Below, piece by piece: positions 26,587 through 35,716 of a stretch of 64,000 bases of DNA (positions within the stretch are counted from its first letter, which is position 1; each line of letters opens with the position of its first letter). A program made the translations under genes and the position numbers. The notes beneath the pieces are model-generated. The model did no database searches, had not been told where the DNA came from, and saw only the letters and a list, made by a program, of their open reading frames with translations. The stretch comes from an uncultured virus (IMG/VR IMGVR_UViG_3300045970_000330) (taxonomy: Duplodnaviria > Heunggongvirae > Uroviricota > Caudoviricetes): IMG/VR virus record IMGVR_UViG_3300045970_000330. The stretch is one strand, 5' to 3'.

Positions 26587-27237
26587 TCAGACAATAGCTA
26601 TATCACTCACCCGCATTGTAACTGCGGATCTTGCTCTATATGGCATTACGCCCTGTGTATCCCCACTCCAGTTAATCCTGACTTTACAGGTAGCTAAATC
26701 CCACGTTATTCCACCGGATGTAGTTTGGAAAACATACTCGCCCGCAGAACCAGAAACCCCGCCAGATTGAATATTGGCTAGGGTGTTCCAAGAATCGCCT
26801 GTAAATCTCTGATATAGAATTGACACGCTAGACGATGCAGATATGTAATTATCGTTTCCGTCGAGCATATCGTTAAAATCTGTTGTACCTGACCATCTAA
26901 CAGCTAAATTTCCAGTTTTTGTGCCACTTCCAAACCCGGCGAAATCCACATTGCTCGATAAATAGGATGAAGTGATTCCTGTGTCCGTCGAACTGTCATA
27001 GGCTCCTGGAATATCGTAGGCATTGGATAATGCTGAGTCCCACGCTGTCCCGGTTAGTGTAGCGGAGGACGGTTTCGAGTAATAAATAGAACTTTTACCA
27101 ACCGCCGCCAATAAATTTACTGTGCCGGATTGCCCCAATAAGGACATTACTCTAGCATCGCGCAACCATAGAGGTAATGAAATCCCCAGTTCTGTCGCCA
27201 CCATACCTATAGTAACTGGAGGACCGCCTACAGTCAT
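26587..27237 (-). CDS. tail-fibre-associated (adhesin-like) protein
   Basis: ATGA overlap with fibre gene; C-domain resembles a central domain of the fibre. Confidence 0.6.
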   Translation of the reverse strand: MTVGGPPVTIGMVATELGISLPLWLRDARVMSLLGQSGTVNLLAAVGKSSIYYSKPSSATLTGTAWDSALSNAYDIPGAYDSSTDTGITSSYLSSNVDFAGFGSGTKTGNLAVRWSGTTDFNDMLDGNDNYISASSSVSILYQRFTGDSWNTLANIQSGGVSGSAGEYVFQTTSGGITWDLATCKVRINWSGDTQGVMPYRARSAVTMRVSDIAIV

Positions 27238-30200
27238 CGACGCGCCCCTTCACGCAGTTCATCAATCTGCTTCTGCTGCATCTTCATGCCCTCAATCAGA
27301 AGCGGCACCAGCTTGTCGTAGGACACCGAGTAAAACCCATTATCATCCTGTGAAACTGCCTCTGGACATACAGCCAACACTTCCTGAGCGATAACGCCTA
27401 GCTGTAACGTATCCTTGTCTATTGACGGAGCTAGTTCGTTCCAGGTATAGGAGACTCCATTTAGTCGGCTTATTTTTATCAAGGCATTTTCAATGGGTTT
27501 AATGTCTTTTTTATACCTTTGATCAGAAGTTGCATAGAAATCAACAGCGGTTAGTTGCCCAAAGGAATCCCTTTGAGCTATAGAATTGGCGGTAGCAGAT
27601 GTATATGCGTAATAAAAACCTCCGTATGAAGCGGAATATAAACACTGTGCAGTGGTGGAACTGTAAGAAGTAGCAACACTTGTCTGGTCACCTGTATTTG
27701 TTCCCGACAGATTAGAACCTGTAATAGTCCCTGTCGTGCTCCAAGACCCATGTAATTGCCCGCCGTATCCAGTTCCTTGGTAGCACCTTACTGACCACCC
27801 GCCTTGGTCATTTAAGAAGCCGAAACCAGACCCATCGTGGTAAACATAACCAGCGGCACTAGAATTATGCACCGATGATACGCCAATAATTAGTCCGTTG
27901 TTGGAGCACACACGCCAATACCCGGCAGAATCAGCATAGAAATGGGTGGCATGAGCAGAGTTATACAGCCCTATTTGTGAAGAACTATTTCGGAACCACC
28001 CACCATCAGCATACATATCCACACAATGCAGATTCCCGCCCGAGGAATAGGATGAACCATTATTAAAATTTCCGGCATTTGTAGCATAGGTGGCGGTTCC
28101 AGAGCAAGCGCTTGATGTTCCACCATCAGCATAAGCATAACCAGCGGAATGCCCAGCCAATGCTGTTGCAGATGGGACTGTTCCTGTTACCCGAGTTCCT
28201 GGCACCCATCCATCGGTGAGAACACCTTCAGCGAATGCCCATAGCCAAGTCGCATTATCCCGATATACACCCTGATAGGCTCTATTTACCATTAGGGTTA
28301 CATAGTAGTCGCTGAAATTGATGCCTGAATATCCAGCGGTGTTTCCGCCAATACTAATTGCTCCATAGGAACCCTGAGTAATAGACCCAGTGTAGTTACC
28401 AGCGGAGTAAATAGACCCGGCTTTTAAAAACTTGGTGCCGCTACCTGTCCCAATGACTACCCCGGTTCCATTGTAGTAGCATAATTCTAATTGGTCTGCT
28501 GGATTGTAACTATCTAAAACATCACAAGCAAGCACACCATTTGAGGAACTCGCATAGCCATTATTGAAGTTTGTAGCAGAGCCAGCGGTTAGACTACTCG
28601 CGGTTCCTGTTAATCCAGAACCAGAGCCAGAGAAAGAGATAGCGGTTACAGAACCAGCGGCATAAATATTTCCAGAGCCATATCCTCCCCCTGATTGATC
28701 GCCATACCCAACCAATAAAGAGGCAGATTTTATTTGAACAGGTTGTGCTGAGACTCCATATAGACAAATCCCATAATTTTCTTTCATGTAAGTTGTATTG
28801 CCACCACCTGTAAAATTAAGTGGGCTAGAACCAGGGATATTAATAGGTCCATAGAAGGTTGCGGCACCATTGGAGGTAGCAATTCTAAATTTTGTACTTC
28901 TAACACCCGCTTCTGATTGGGTTAAAACAAAATCACCAGTTGATGAAGCCTCTCTACCCATTTCCCAATAATGTGTAGGGAAGCCTGTTCCGGTCATTCT
29001 AATCTGTCCGGTTCCATCATTAGGACCAGAGAAGGTAGCCAATCCCGCATCCGAAATTGCTAATACATCCCTTAAATCATCGGCAGACCTAAAAATATAA
29101 CCATCTGGGGAACCAAAGTAGGTTTTAGCATTAGTATTAAAATAAAATCGCTTCTTTGTATCAGAGGATTGATGCCAGTTATTAGTTTGTAATGTTAGTA
29201 GTCCAGTAAAAGTAGCAGAGGTAGCGGATATAGAACCAGAGAAGGTTCCTGAAGTAGCATATAATCCGCCCATTCCAACATTTATAGAATTATTAAAAGA
29301 GATTCCACCGCTATTAAAAGAGAAGTAGTTTGTACCGCCGATTGTAAATTTATAACCGGTGCTGCTAAATTTTGTTCCATATGAAGCATCGGTAGAATCA
29401 ATACCGATTAAGAGAGATTTAGTACCATCTGATAATTGAAGGTTTGGAGAATTACCAGTAGAGGTTAGGTTTAATAGTGCGCCACCAGAAGCCTTTGTAA
29501 TGGTTAATAGGTCTGACATTGTATCTCCAGCCTTATTTACCGGAGTGTAGCCTAAAGCAGATTGCGCTCCCATGGCAGTGAGTGCCCCGCTCGCAGACGT
29601 AGCGCCTGTTCCGCCAGCAGCTATGGGTAAGGTGGAGTTCTGCCCAAGACCTGTATTGTCGGTCCACAGCGCCCGAGCCCCGCCCCCGGCTATACCTATG
29701 AAGTCCGACATGGCATGAGAATGTGTAGACGGGGTAAAAGAGGTTGGAATGCTGCTCAAAGACGCATACGTGTGGGCATGCGAGGCTGCTGCATAGTCCG
29801 TCCCCGCAGTAGCTGCACTTACGCCTGTGCCATTACCCTTTAACAACCCACTCACGGTGGTTGTGATTGTTATCGCTGGAGTCGTTGTAGGCGTGGCTAC
29901 GCTACCAGCAAAGCCATTGGAATTGACCACGGACATGCCACTGATACTTCCGCCACCACCACTGCCCGCATCAACCCAGGACTTAGTGCCGTTATTATCC
30001 TGTAGAACCTTAGGACCGAGAGTATTCACAGGTAGCGCGGGCTCTACAGCAGATTTGGTGCCTGCACTTACGATCATGCTGTTATCGACATTTACCGTTA
30101 CCTGAACATTCTTTCCGTGATAGGTATCGCCTGAGCCTACGAGATAGGAATCTTTATTCAAGGGCTGTGCTAGGTGTGTCAAAGCCCAACCACCTGTGGC

Positions 30201-32903
30201 GCCTGTGGAAATAAAATTCACAGCGCTATCGGCTACTGTGACGGATGCATTGGAATAGACATATGTTGTAGTGCGTTCATATGGGGTTCTATACCAATTC
30301 CCGTCCACATCCTGTGCCCAGTCCCCACCAGTTTCTGTAAAATAGTGACCTATACCCTGGTAGTATTCGACCCGCACCATGAGCTTGGTTTGATCCACAC
30401 CACCCAGCGCTACCGTGTTGAGGGTCTGCGAAGCAGCTGCCCCGTTTACGAAGTGTGCTGTGGTGGCGCCCCACACATTAGACCAACTAATTCCGCCGTC
30501 ACGGGACCAATAAATGTCAACGGACCCTATGCCCTGGAGGTTCGCCGCGTCAATCACCATGCTGCTTAGCGAGATACGCAAGTTGCCATTGTCGGATACA
30601 CCAGACCATCCCGCATAGGATGTAGATCCGCTACCCCCTATAGCCGCTGTATTGTAGGTAGCCGCCCCACTAGGTGTAGATACTAGGGTGCCTGCACCCT
30701 CGCCTACACCGCTCTGTGTAAGCGTGTAGATTCCGTTCTTAGTAATGTCCGTCTGATTAGGAAGCAGGACAACTTTTCCAGCTCCAAGCGCCACAGATCC
30801 ATCAAACAAGCAATCCTGGGGAGTGGGTAATGTCACATCCCCACGAGTAACCGTAGAAATCATATCAACGAACTTGATGGACGATGCTAGGCGCGTAATC
30901 AGCCCCAGCAGCTCTACCTCGTAATTATGCCAAAGTCGGGCATAACCCGTGACGGGATGAATGCTGATGGCTGTCGGAAGATACCTGTATGTTTTAGGTG
31001 TAGTATTTGGGACAATTTCTACCTGCGTAGCCCAATCCGTAAGCCCATTAATGTAGCTCACAACCGCGCCGCTAGCGTTTGCGAAATCTGTTGAAGAAAT
31101 GTTCAACAGTCCCGCTTGATCAAGCATAATTTTGGAATTAGCCACCAGCAGGGCAAGCCTAGCAATTTCACGCGGCTTTTCCGAGGGGCTGATAATGCCA
31201 TCCGCAGAAATATCAGACAGCTCTTTGTCCATTAGCGCAATGGCATCCCTTGCCTGATTTGCCACAGCATTGGCTTCAAACCAGTCCTGGGCGAGCACCC
31301 AACCCGGGTAGGGATGTGCGGCGGTTACTGCCAGCATCACATGGCTGTAAGCCCACATACGGTTGTTACCCGCAGTGTCCACCCACATGTCGCCAATATC
31401 ACTACTGAGCATCCCCGTAGGGCATGTGGACTGATAGAAGATCCGTGCCTTACCATTGGCAGACATCTGTGCGCTATCCGCCGCGATGATTGCCAGCGCC
31501 ACGCCATAAGTAGGTGCCAGAACCCACACTGCACCATCGTGCCTGTAGATTGTATTCGAGGGGGTTACGATCCAGGCATCCCCAATAGAGCCCGCATTGG
31601 CACCTGTAGGGGCTGCGGAGTTCCAGGTGACTACGATCTCCCCATCCGCAGCGGCAAGGGCGTTAGAGGCATCTGTGAGCGCTAGGAAGGCTTTATTCCA
31701 GGCTGCGTCCCCGATGGCTACTTGAAGCTTAGTCCGCTCAGAAAAATAAGCAGACCATCGAGCGGCTACCGTAGGATTACGTGCGGAAATATCCGTGGTG
31801 CCTACGCTTGTCCAATCCGTAGCAATACCCAGCAGCCCGTTGGCGCCGCTGTAGGCTGCTGTGTAGTTTGCCGTAGATAGCCCTGCCGGGGCTGCTGCGA
31901 TAACGGAGGCATATTCCTGCGTAACCGCAATCCACTGCACTCTATACTGGGGCTTCTCAATTTCAGTCAGAAGACCGTCATTCTCAGCTGCGGTAAACAT
32001 ACCTAGAACTTGATCTGCTAAGCCCTGGGCATCTGCAATAGCTTCTACAATCGACACGCCGTCCGCAATAGGGGCTGACGGAATAATGTTTACAGATACG
32101 CCTTCCTGCTGATCCAACGTAATGGCAGTAACCACATATTTGTAGGCAACACCTAGTGTAGCGGTTGTATCCGTAAAGGAATACCACTGCTCGTGCAGCC
32201 CAGGCAATACAAGTTCAGTAAGGGCGACACCGCTTACAATCACAGGGTCGCCGTTAATATCTAATACAGGTTGATACAGCGCTGCGTCAATAACCGCCAC
32301 GTGTGTGCGCGGATTTGTAACAGCCCCTGCACGCCCTGCAACCTTCTCAGCTTCTAGGTATTCACGAATACCTGTAACAGCCTGTTTAGCGTGGGCTACG
32401 ATGCTCAGTGTGATCGTTTCGCCCGTGGTTAGGTTCTCGCGCTGAAGCATGTAGTAGGTTAGGGCATCGTTGTAGGATGCTCCCATAGGGGTATTGGTGA
32501 TGTATTCCAACCATCGACCCCCAGTGTCCAGCACAGGGCACGCCCACGAGATCAGGATCTCCGTAGGACCGCCCGTGATGCCAATCACATAGGTGGATGT
32601 CGCTGTAGCCCTGCGAGGGCGTCCCGGGTTAGGCTGATCCGGTAGAATACTCGTGGTGCCTGTTAGAAACCCCGGTAGGAATGCCTCGGGCTGTGAGGTA
32701 AATACGTAGCCTGTAGCTGCCTTACCCGTGCCGCCCAGGACAGACTTAGGCTCCGTTACGGGCGACGATTTGGTGATGGCATATTTGTCGAGAACGTGAT
32801 GCGAGCCCTCAGGGGACTGGATAACCGAGCTACCAGAAACCTCATCCTTGATGATGTTACGGATTACTGGGGTGAGTGCTTCCAGATTTCCCTGTTGTGT
32901 CAT
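27234..32903 (-). CDS. long tail fibre with C-terminal peptidase S74 intramolecular chaperone
   Basis: 1889 aa Gly/Ser/Thr-rich; SDQRYKKDIKPIENAL..I..LNGVSYTW...GVIAQEV..VCPEAV...VSYDKLVPLLIEG. Confidence 0.9.
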   Translation of the reverse strand: MTQQGNLEALTPVIRNIIKDEVSGSSVIQSPEGSHHVLDKYAITKSSPVTEPKSVLGGTGKAATGYVFTSQPEAFLPGFLTGTTSILPDQPNPGRPRRATATSTYVIGITGGPTEILISWACPVLDTGGRWLEYITNTPMGASYNDALTYYMLQRENLTTGETITLSIVAHAKQAVTGIREYLEAEKVAGRAGAVTNPRTHVAVIDAALYQPVLDINGDPVIVSGVALTELVLPGLHEQWYSFTDTTATLGVAYKYVVTAITLDQQEGVSVNIIPSAPIADGVSIVEAIADAQGLADQVLGMFTAAENDGLLTEIEKPQYRVQWIAVTQEYASVIAAAPAGLSTANYTAAYSGANGLLGIATDWTSVGTTDISARNPTVAARWSAYFSERTKLQVAIGDAAWNKAFLALTDASNALAAADGEIVVTWNSAAPTGANAGSIGDAWIVTPSNTIYRHDGAVWVLAPTYGVALAIIAADSAQMSANGKARIFYQSTCPTGMLSSDIGDMWVDTAGNNRMWAYSHVMLAVTAAHPYPGWVLAQDWFEANAVANQARDAIALMDKELSDISADGIISPSEKPREIARLALLVANSKIMLDQAGLLNISSTDFANASGAVVSYINGLTDWATQVEIVPNTTPKTYRYLPTAISIHPVTGYARLWHNYEVELLGLITRLASSIKFVDMISTVTRGDVTLPTPQDCLFDGSVALGAGKVVLLPNQTDITKNGIYTLTQSGVGEGAGTLVSTPSGAATYNTAAIGGSGSTSYAGWSGVSDNGNLRISLSSMVIDAANLQGIGSVDIYWSRDGGISWSNVWGATTAHFVNGAAASQTLNTVALGGVDQTKLMVRVEYYQGIGHYFTETGGDWAQDVDGNWYRTPYERTTTYVYSNASVTVADSAVNFISTGATGGWALTHLAQPLNKDSYLVGSGDTYHGKNVQVTVNVDNSMIVSAGTKSAVEPALPVNTLGPKVLQDNNGTKSWVDAGSGGGGSISGMSVVNSNGFAGSVATPTTTPAITITTTVSGLLKGNGTGVSAATAGTDYAAASHAHTYASLSSIPTSFTPSTHSHAMSDFIGIAGGGARALWTDNTGLGQNSTLPIAAGGTGATSASGALTAMGAQSALGYTPVNKAGDTMSDLLTITKASGGALLNLTSTGNSPNLQLSDGTKSLLIGIDSTDASYGTKFSSTGYKFTIGGTNYFSFNSGGISFNNSINVGMGGLYATSGTFSGSISATSATFTGLLTLQTNNWHQSSDTKKRFYFNTNAKTYFGSPDGYIFRSADDLRDVLAISDAGLATFSGPNDGTGQIRMTGTGFPTHYWEMGREASSTGDFVLTQSEAGVRSTKFRIATSNGAATFYGPINIPGSSPLNFTGGGNTTYMKENYGICLYGVSAQPVQIKSASLLVGYGDQSGGGYGSGNIYAAGSVTAISFSGSGSGLTGTASSLTAGSATNFNNGYASSSNGVLACDVLDSYNPADQLELCYYNGTGVVIGTGSGTKFLKAGSIYSAGNYTGSITQGSYGAISIGGNTAGYSGINFSDYYVTLMVNRAYQGVYRDNATWLWAFAEGVLTDGWVPGTRVTGTVPSATALAGHSAGYAYADGGTSSACSGTATYATNAGNFNNGSSYSSGGNLHCVDMYADGGWFRNSSSQIGLYNSAHATHFYADSAGYWRVCSNNGLIIGVSSVHNSSAAGYVYHDGSGFGFLNDQGGWSVRCYQGTGYGGQLHGSWSTTGTITGSNLSGTNTGDQTSVATSYSSTTAQCLYSASYGGFYYAYTSATANSIAQRDSFGQLTAVDFYATSDQRYKKDIKPIENALIKISRLNGVSYTWNELAPSIDKDTLQLGVIAQEVLAVCPEAVSQDDNGFYSVSYDKLVPLLIEGMKMQQKQIDELREGARR

Positions 32904-33258
32904 GTAGCACGATCCTAAACAGTTCCCCGAATTTTCCTGCGATGGCTTCGGGATTGGAAAGAGTTACATCCGCAGGTAGTTTCCATTCATTACCACCAGC
33001 CGTTACAATAAATTCCATGCTAACAATAATGTCTGGAATCCATACAAGCGCTGCCCTTACAAGCTCTTTGATCTGACTTGCGGGTCCAGTGACAGTCCTG
33101 CCGCCTAAGTCTAGCTTCCAGGTGTCCATAGCGGGTAGGGTCATCGGGTAGCGTGTCCCCCCGGCGCCAATACAAACCGTGGTAAATGCCACGCCCGGTC
33201 CTAAATGCTGTTTTAGAACGGTAGCCCACTTGGTAAAGGTCGAGCAGTTTGAGAGCAT
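32857..33258 (-). CDS. hypothetical tail-tip protein
   Basis: Position between tail-tip genes and fibre. Confidence 0.5.
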   Translation of the reverse strand: MLSNCSTFTKWATVLKQHLGPGVAFTTVCIGAGGTRYPMTLPAMDTWKLDLGGRTVTGPASQIKELVRAALVWIPDIIVSMEFIVTAGGNEWKLPADVTLSNPEAIAGKFGELFRIVLHDTTGKSGSTHPSNP

Positions 33259-33756
33259 TTAACCTCCGATAACATCAAGCAGCAACAGATCAATGCCATC
33301 CTGTGTTTCGGAAACACCTTCAATAAGCCACAAGCGACGCACGCCGAAAGTGTCATCCTCGATAGCAATGGTGTCTCCTACATTCAAATGGTAGTCATCC
33401 ATGGTGGACAGTCGGGCGGCTGCGATGACACGGATGCCTTCTTGTAGCTGATTCCAGGACCACCACTTAGCTGTGACTTGATCGTAAGCTAGGTTGGATG
33501 TCTCGGGTAACCCGATGTCGGCACCAAAACGCCGCACCATGAAGGGTTTATACAGGGGATGCCCAATGTTTGTGAGCCCTGCCTTTTCCACCTCAATAGG
33601 CACCACTTCAAGAAACTTGGTGATGTCCAGATCGGCACCTTCGGAGCTGTTGATGCCCGAATAGCCACGAACAGCAGCAATCCCAACCCAATTAATCATT
33701 GATTGTATTTGAATGGGGTTCTTGTATGTTGACTTACCACTCTTTCCAGAACTCAT
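33259..33756 (-). CDS. putative tail-tip protein
   Basis: HLNVGDTIAIED...WLIEGVSE hub-like C-terminal pattern; AGAGGT RBS. Confidence 0.55.
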   Translation of the reverse strand: MSSGKSGKSTYKNPIQIQSMINWVGIAAVRGYSGINSSEGADLDITKFLEVVPIEVEKAGLTNIGHPLYKPFMVRRFGADIGLPETSNLAYDQVTAKWWSWNQLQEGIRVIAAARLSTMDDYHLNVGDTIAIEDDTFGVRRLWLIEGVSETQDGIDLLLLDVIGG

Positions 33757-33765
33757 GACTAACCT

Positions 33766-35712
33766 CTACTTTTTCGCCGTAGCGCTCTGCATATAGCTGG
33801 CGCCTTGGTATGTGCAGGCAGACAGCTCATGGGCTAAGACCAACTTAAAGTGAATCCTGCGCCCGCCCATCAACAAAGGTAAGCCTGTGACATCATCTTT
33901 AAGTGTTGAGAAATCGACACTCTTTAGCTGCACTTCCTTCCAAGTCGTAGTGCTGCCCACCTTCACAGCATCCACACCTAAGGAGGGCAGGGTAGTCCAC
34001 TTGGTGGCTTCTGTGTCCGTGGCTACCATCAAGTAATACAGGCACGTGTAGTCTGCGCCGCCTGTTAGTAGGAATGGGAACTGTCGGATGCCCTCGCCCC
34101 ACTCATAGTAGAAGTTTCCCGAGGTTAGACTATTGCCTCGCAGCCCGGGAGGGGCGGCTGTGAAACAAATATCCAGCCCTCTTAGAGTCTGCCCTAGTGG
34201 TATGTCGATGCTGAATGCGGCAATAGTATCGCCCACCCGACTCCGATTCGCAGGAGCGTGGCGGATACGTGCTTCTAAGGGAGAGATCGACATGAATCGT
34301 TCCCACGCAAGCCCATAGGCGTAGATATTGTCATCCGATAAGGTCGCCGCCAGAGTATTCGGATTCCCATACACCATGCTGTCCTTGGGGAACGGGGCTT
34401 TGTTACTTCCAAAGAAGTTGGTAGGTTCCAGACGTTGAAGCGCAAGTCCCGCACCAGGGCGATTACCAATGTCGCCTATCATCTTGCCTACCGTGCGGAC
34501 ATTATCATCCCTGTATTCAACATTGAGTGCCTTGGGGGTCTGGATCACCTTGTCAGTGCCCATAATGCTTATGCCCTTATTTGGCTCGCCTGTATGGGGA
34601 TTGAAGAACTGCCCCGGGATCTTGCCCAAGATAGGCACGGTCTTACTCCAACTGCCCCCCGTAACACTACCGCCCGTCCTGGTGCCTTCAATGCGCACAG
34701 CGAAGCTCATTTGCCCTAGAACCGCACCGCGCTTATGAACAGCTGTAACAATATTTCCTGAGCTAACCGTAAACTTCAGCTGTTCTAGTTTTCCATCAAA
34801 AGGGAATGTGACTACACCCCCATTTGTTGTTGTAAGCCATGTAACAAACTGAGCAGCGGTTCCTCCACCAAAACCTAGAGCCATCGGGCGCTCGTTCACA
34901 TATAGAGTGGTCCCAATAATAGTATTGGCGGTTGTTAGATCAATGCTTGCAGTCTTGTGTCCCGCAGTGAAGCCCCTATCAATGAATACGAAGTAATCTG
35001 AGGGGATTGTGGGCGTTGGGATCACAGCCACAACACCAGAGGTCGCTGCATCCCATAACATATAAGGGAAAGCTGTCTCCGTAGAGTTGGAAGACTCCAG
35101 CAGTGCCGCGTTATACAGCTCCAGATCCTTGAAATACCAGCCCGCAGCATCTGTGGCGAATCGCAACGTGTTAGGTGAGGTTGGCAGGGCTACTACAAAT
35201 GTTGCAGTGTATTGATCTCCAGCAGCACCACATACAAGCGTGAGCACCGTGCCATCATATTCCAGGTAGACCTGTGTAAAGGCATTCACGCGATTTATGG
35301 GACAAGTCACAATGCGTGGTGTGTCCCCGTAAATACTGGCAGTAAGGACATGGGGGGCTGAGGAATTACCCGTGATAGGAAAGTAGGTTAGGGTAATGGT
35401 TCCTGTCGTGTTGTTAGCGCCCCACTGTAGAATTTTGATGGGAGTAGAACCTAGCTTCACCCCGGGAACCATCATCATAAAACGCATGGAAATTCTATTG
35501 GTTTCTAATCCAGCCTTACGCATATCCAGAGTAGTGGTCAAATAATGAGTTGTTGTAGGGGCGGGCGCTGTCTTAGCGCCTAGACACTTGTCCGTAGTAG
35601 GCTGCGGGTAAGATTCATTGACATCAAACTCGCCTGTATAAGTATTCCATGTGCCATATGAATGCAGCACACCATCGTCGGAACCTGCATACATTGTTTG
35701 AGGATTAGGCAT
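33766..35712 (-). CDS. tail-tip structural protein with LamG/ConA-like N-domain
   Basis: Beta-rich; FTQVYLEYDGTVLTL...YFKDLELYNAAL pattern. Confidence 0.6.
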   Translation of the reverse strand: MPNPQTMYAGSDDGVLHSYGTWNTYTGEFDVNESYPQPTTDKCLGAKTAPAPTTTHYLTTTLDMRKAGLETNRISMRFMMMVPGVKLGSTPIKILQWGANNTTGTITLTYFPITGNSSAPHVLTASIYGDTPRIVTCPINRVNAFTQVYLEYDGTVLTLVCGAAGDQYTATFVVALPTSPNTLRFATDAAGWYFKDLELYNAALLESSNSTETAFPYMLWDAATSGVVAVIPTPTIPSDYFVFIDRGFTAGHKTASIDLTTANTIIGTTLYVNERPMALGFGGGTAAQFVTWLTTTNGGVVTFPFDGKLEQLKFTVSSGNIVTAVHKRGAVLGQMSFAVRIEGTRTGGSVTGGSWSKTVPILGKIPGQFFNPHTGEPNKGISIMGTDKVIQTPKALNVEYRDDNVRTVGKMIGDIGNRPGAGLALQRLEPTNFFGSNKAPFPKDSMVYGNPNTLAATLSDDNIYAYGLAWERFMSISPLEARIRHAPANRSRVGDTIAAFSIDIPLGQTLRGLDICFTAAPPGLRGNSLTSGNFYYEWGEGIRQFPFLLTGGADYTCLYYLMVATDTEATKWTTLPSLGVDAVKVGSTTTWKEVQLKSVDFSTLKDDVTGLPLLMGGRRIHFKLVLAHELSACTYQGASYMQSATAKK

Positions 35713-35716
35713 TCAC

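Noticed and set aside
27234..32903. Diversity-generating retroelement or invertible cassette acting on the tail fibre
   Set aside because: No reverse transcriptase or invertase in the window and no near-identical TR/VR pair or inverted crossover sites seen; internal repeats are old and degenerate
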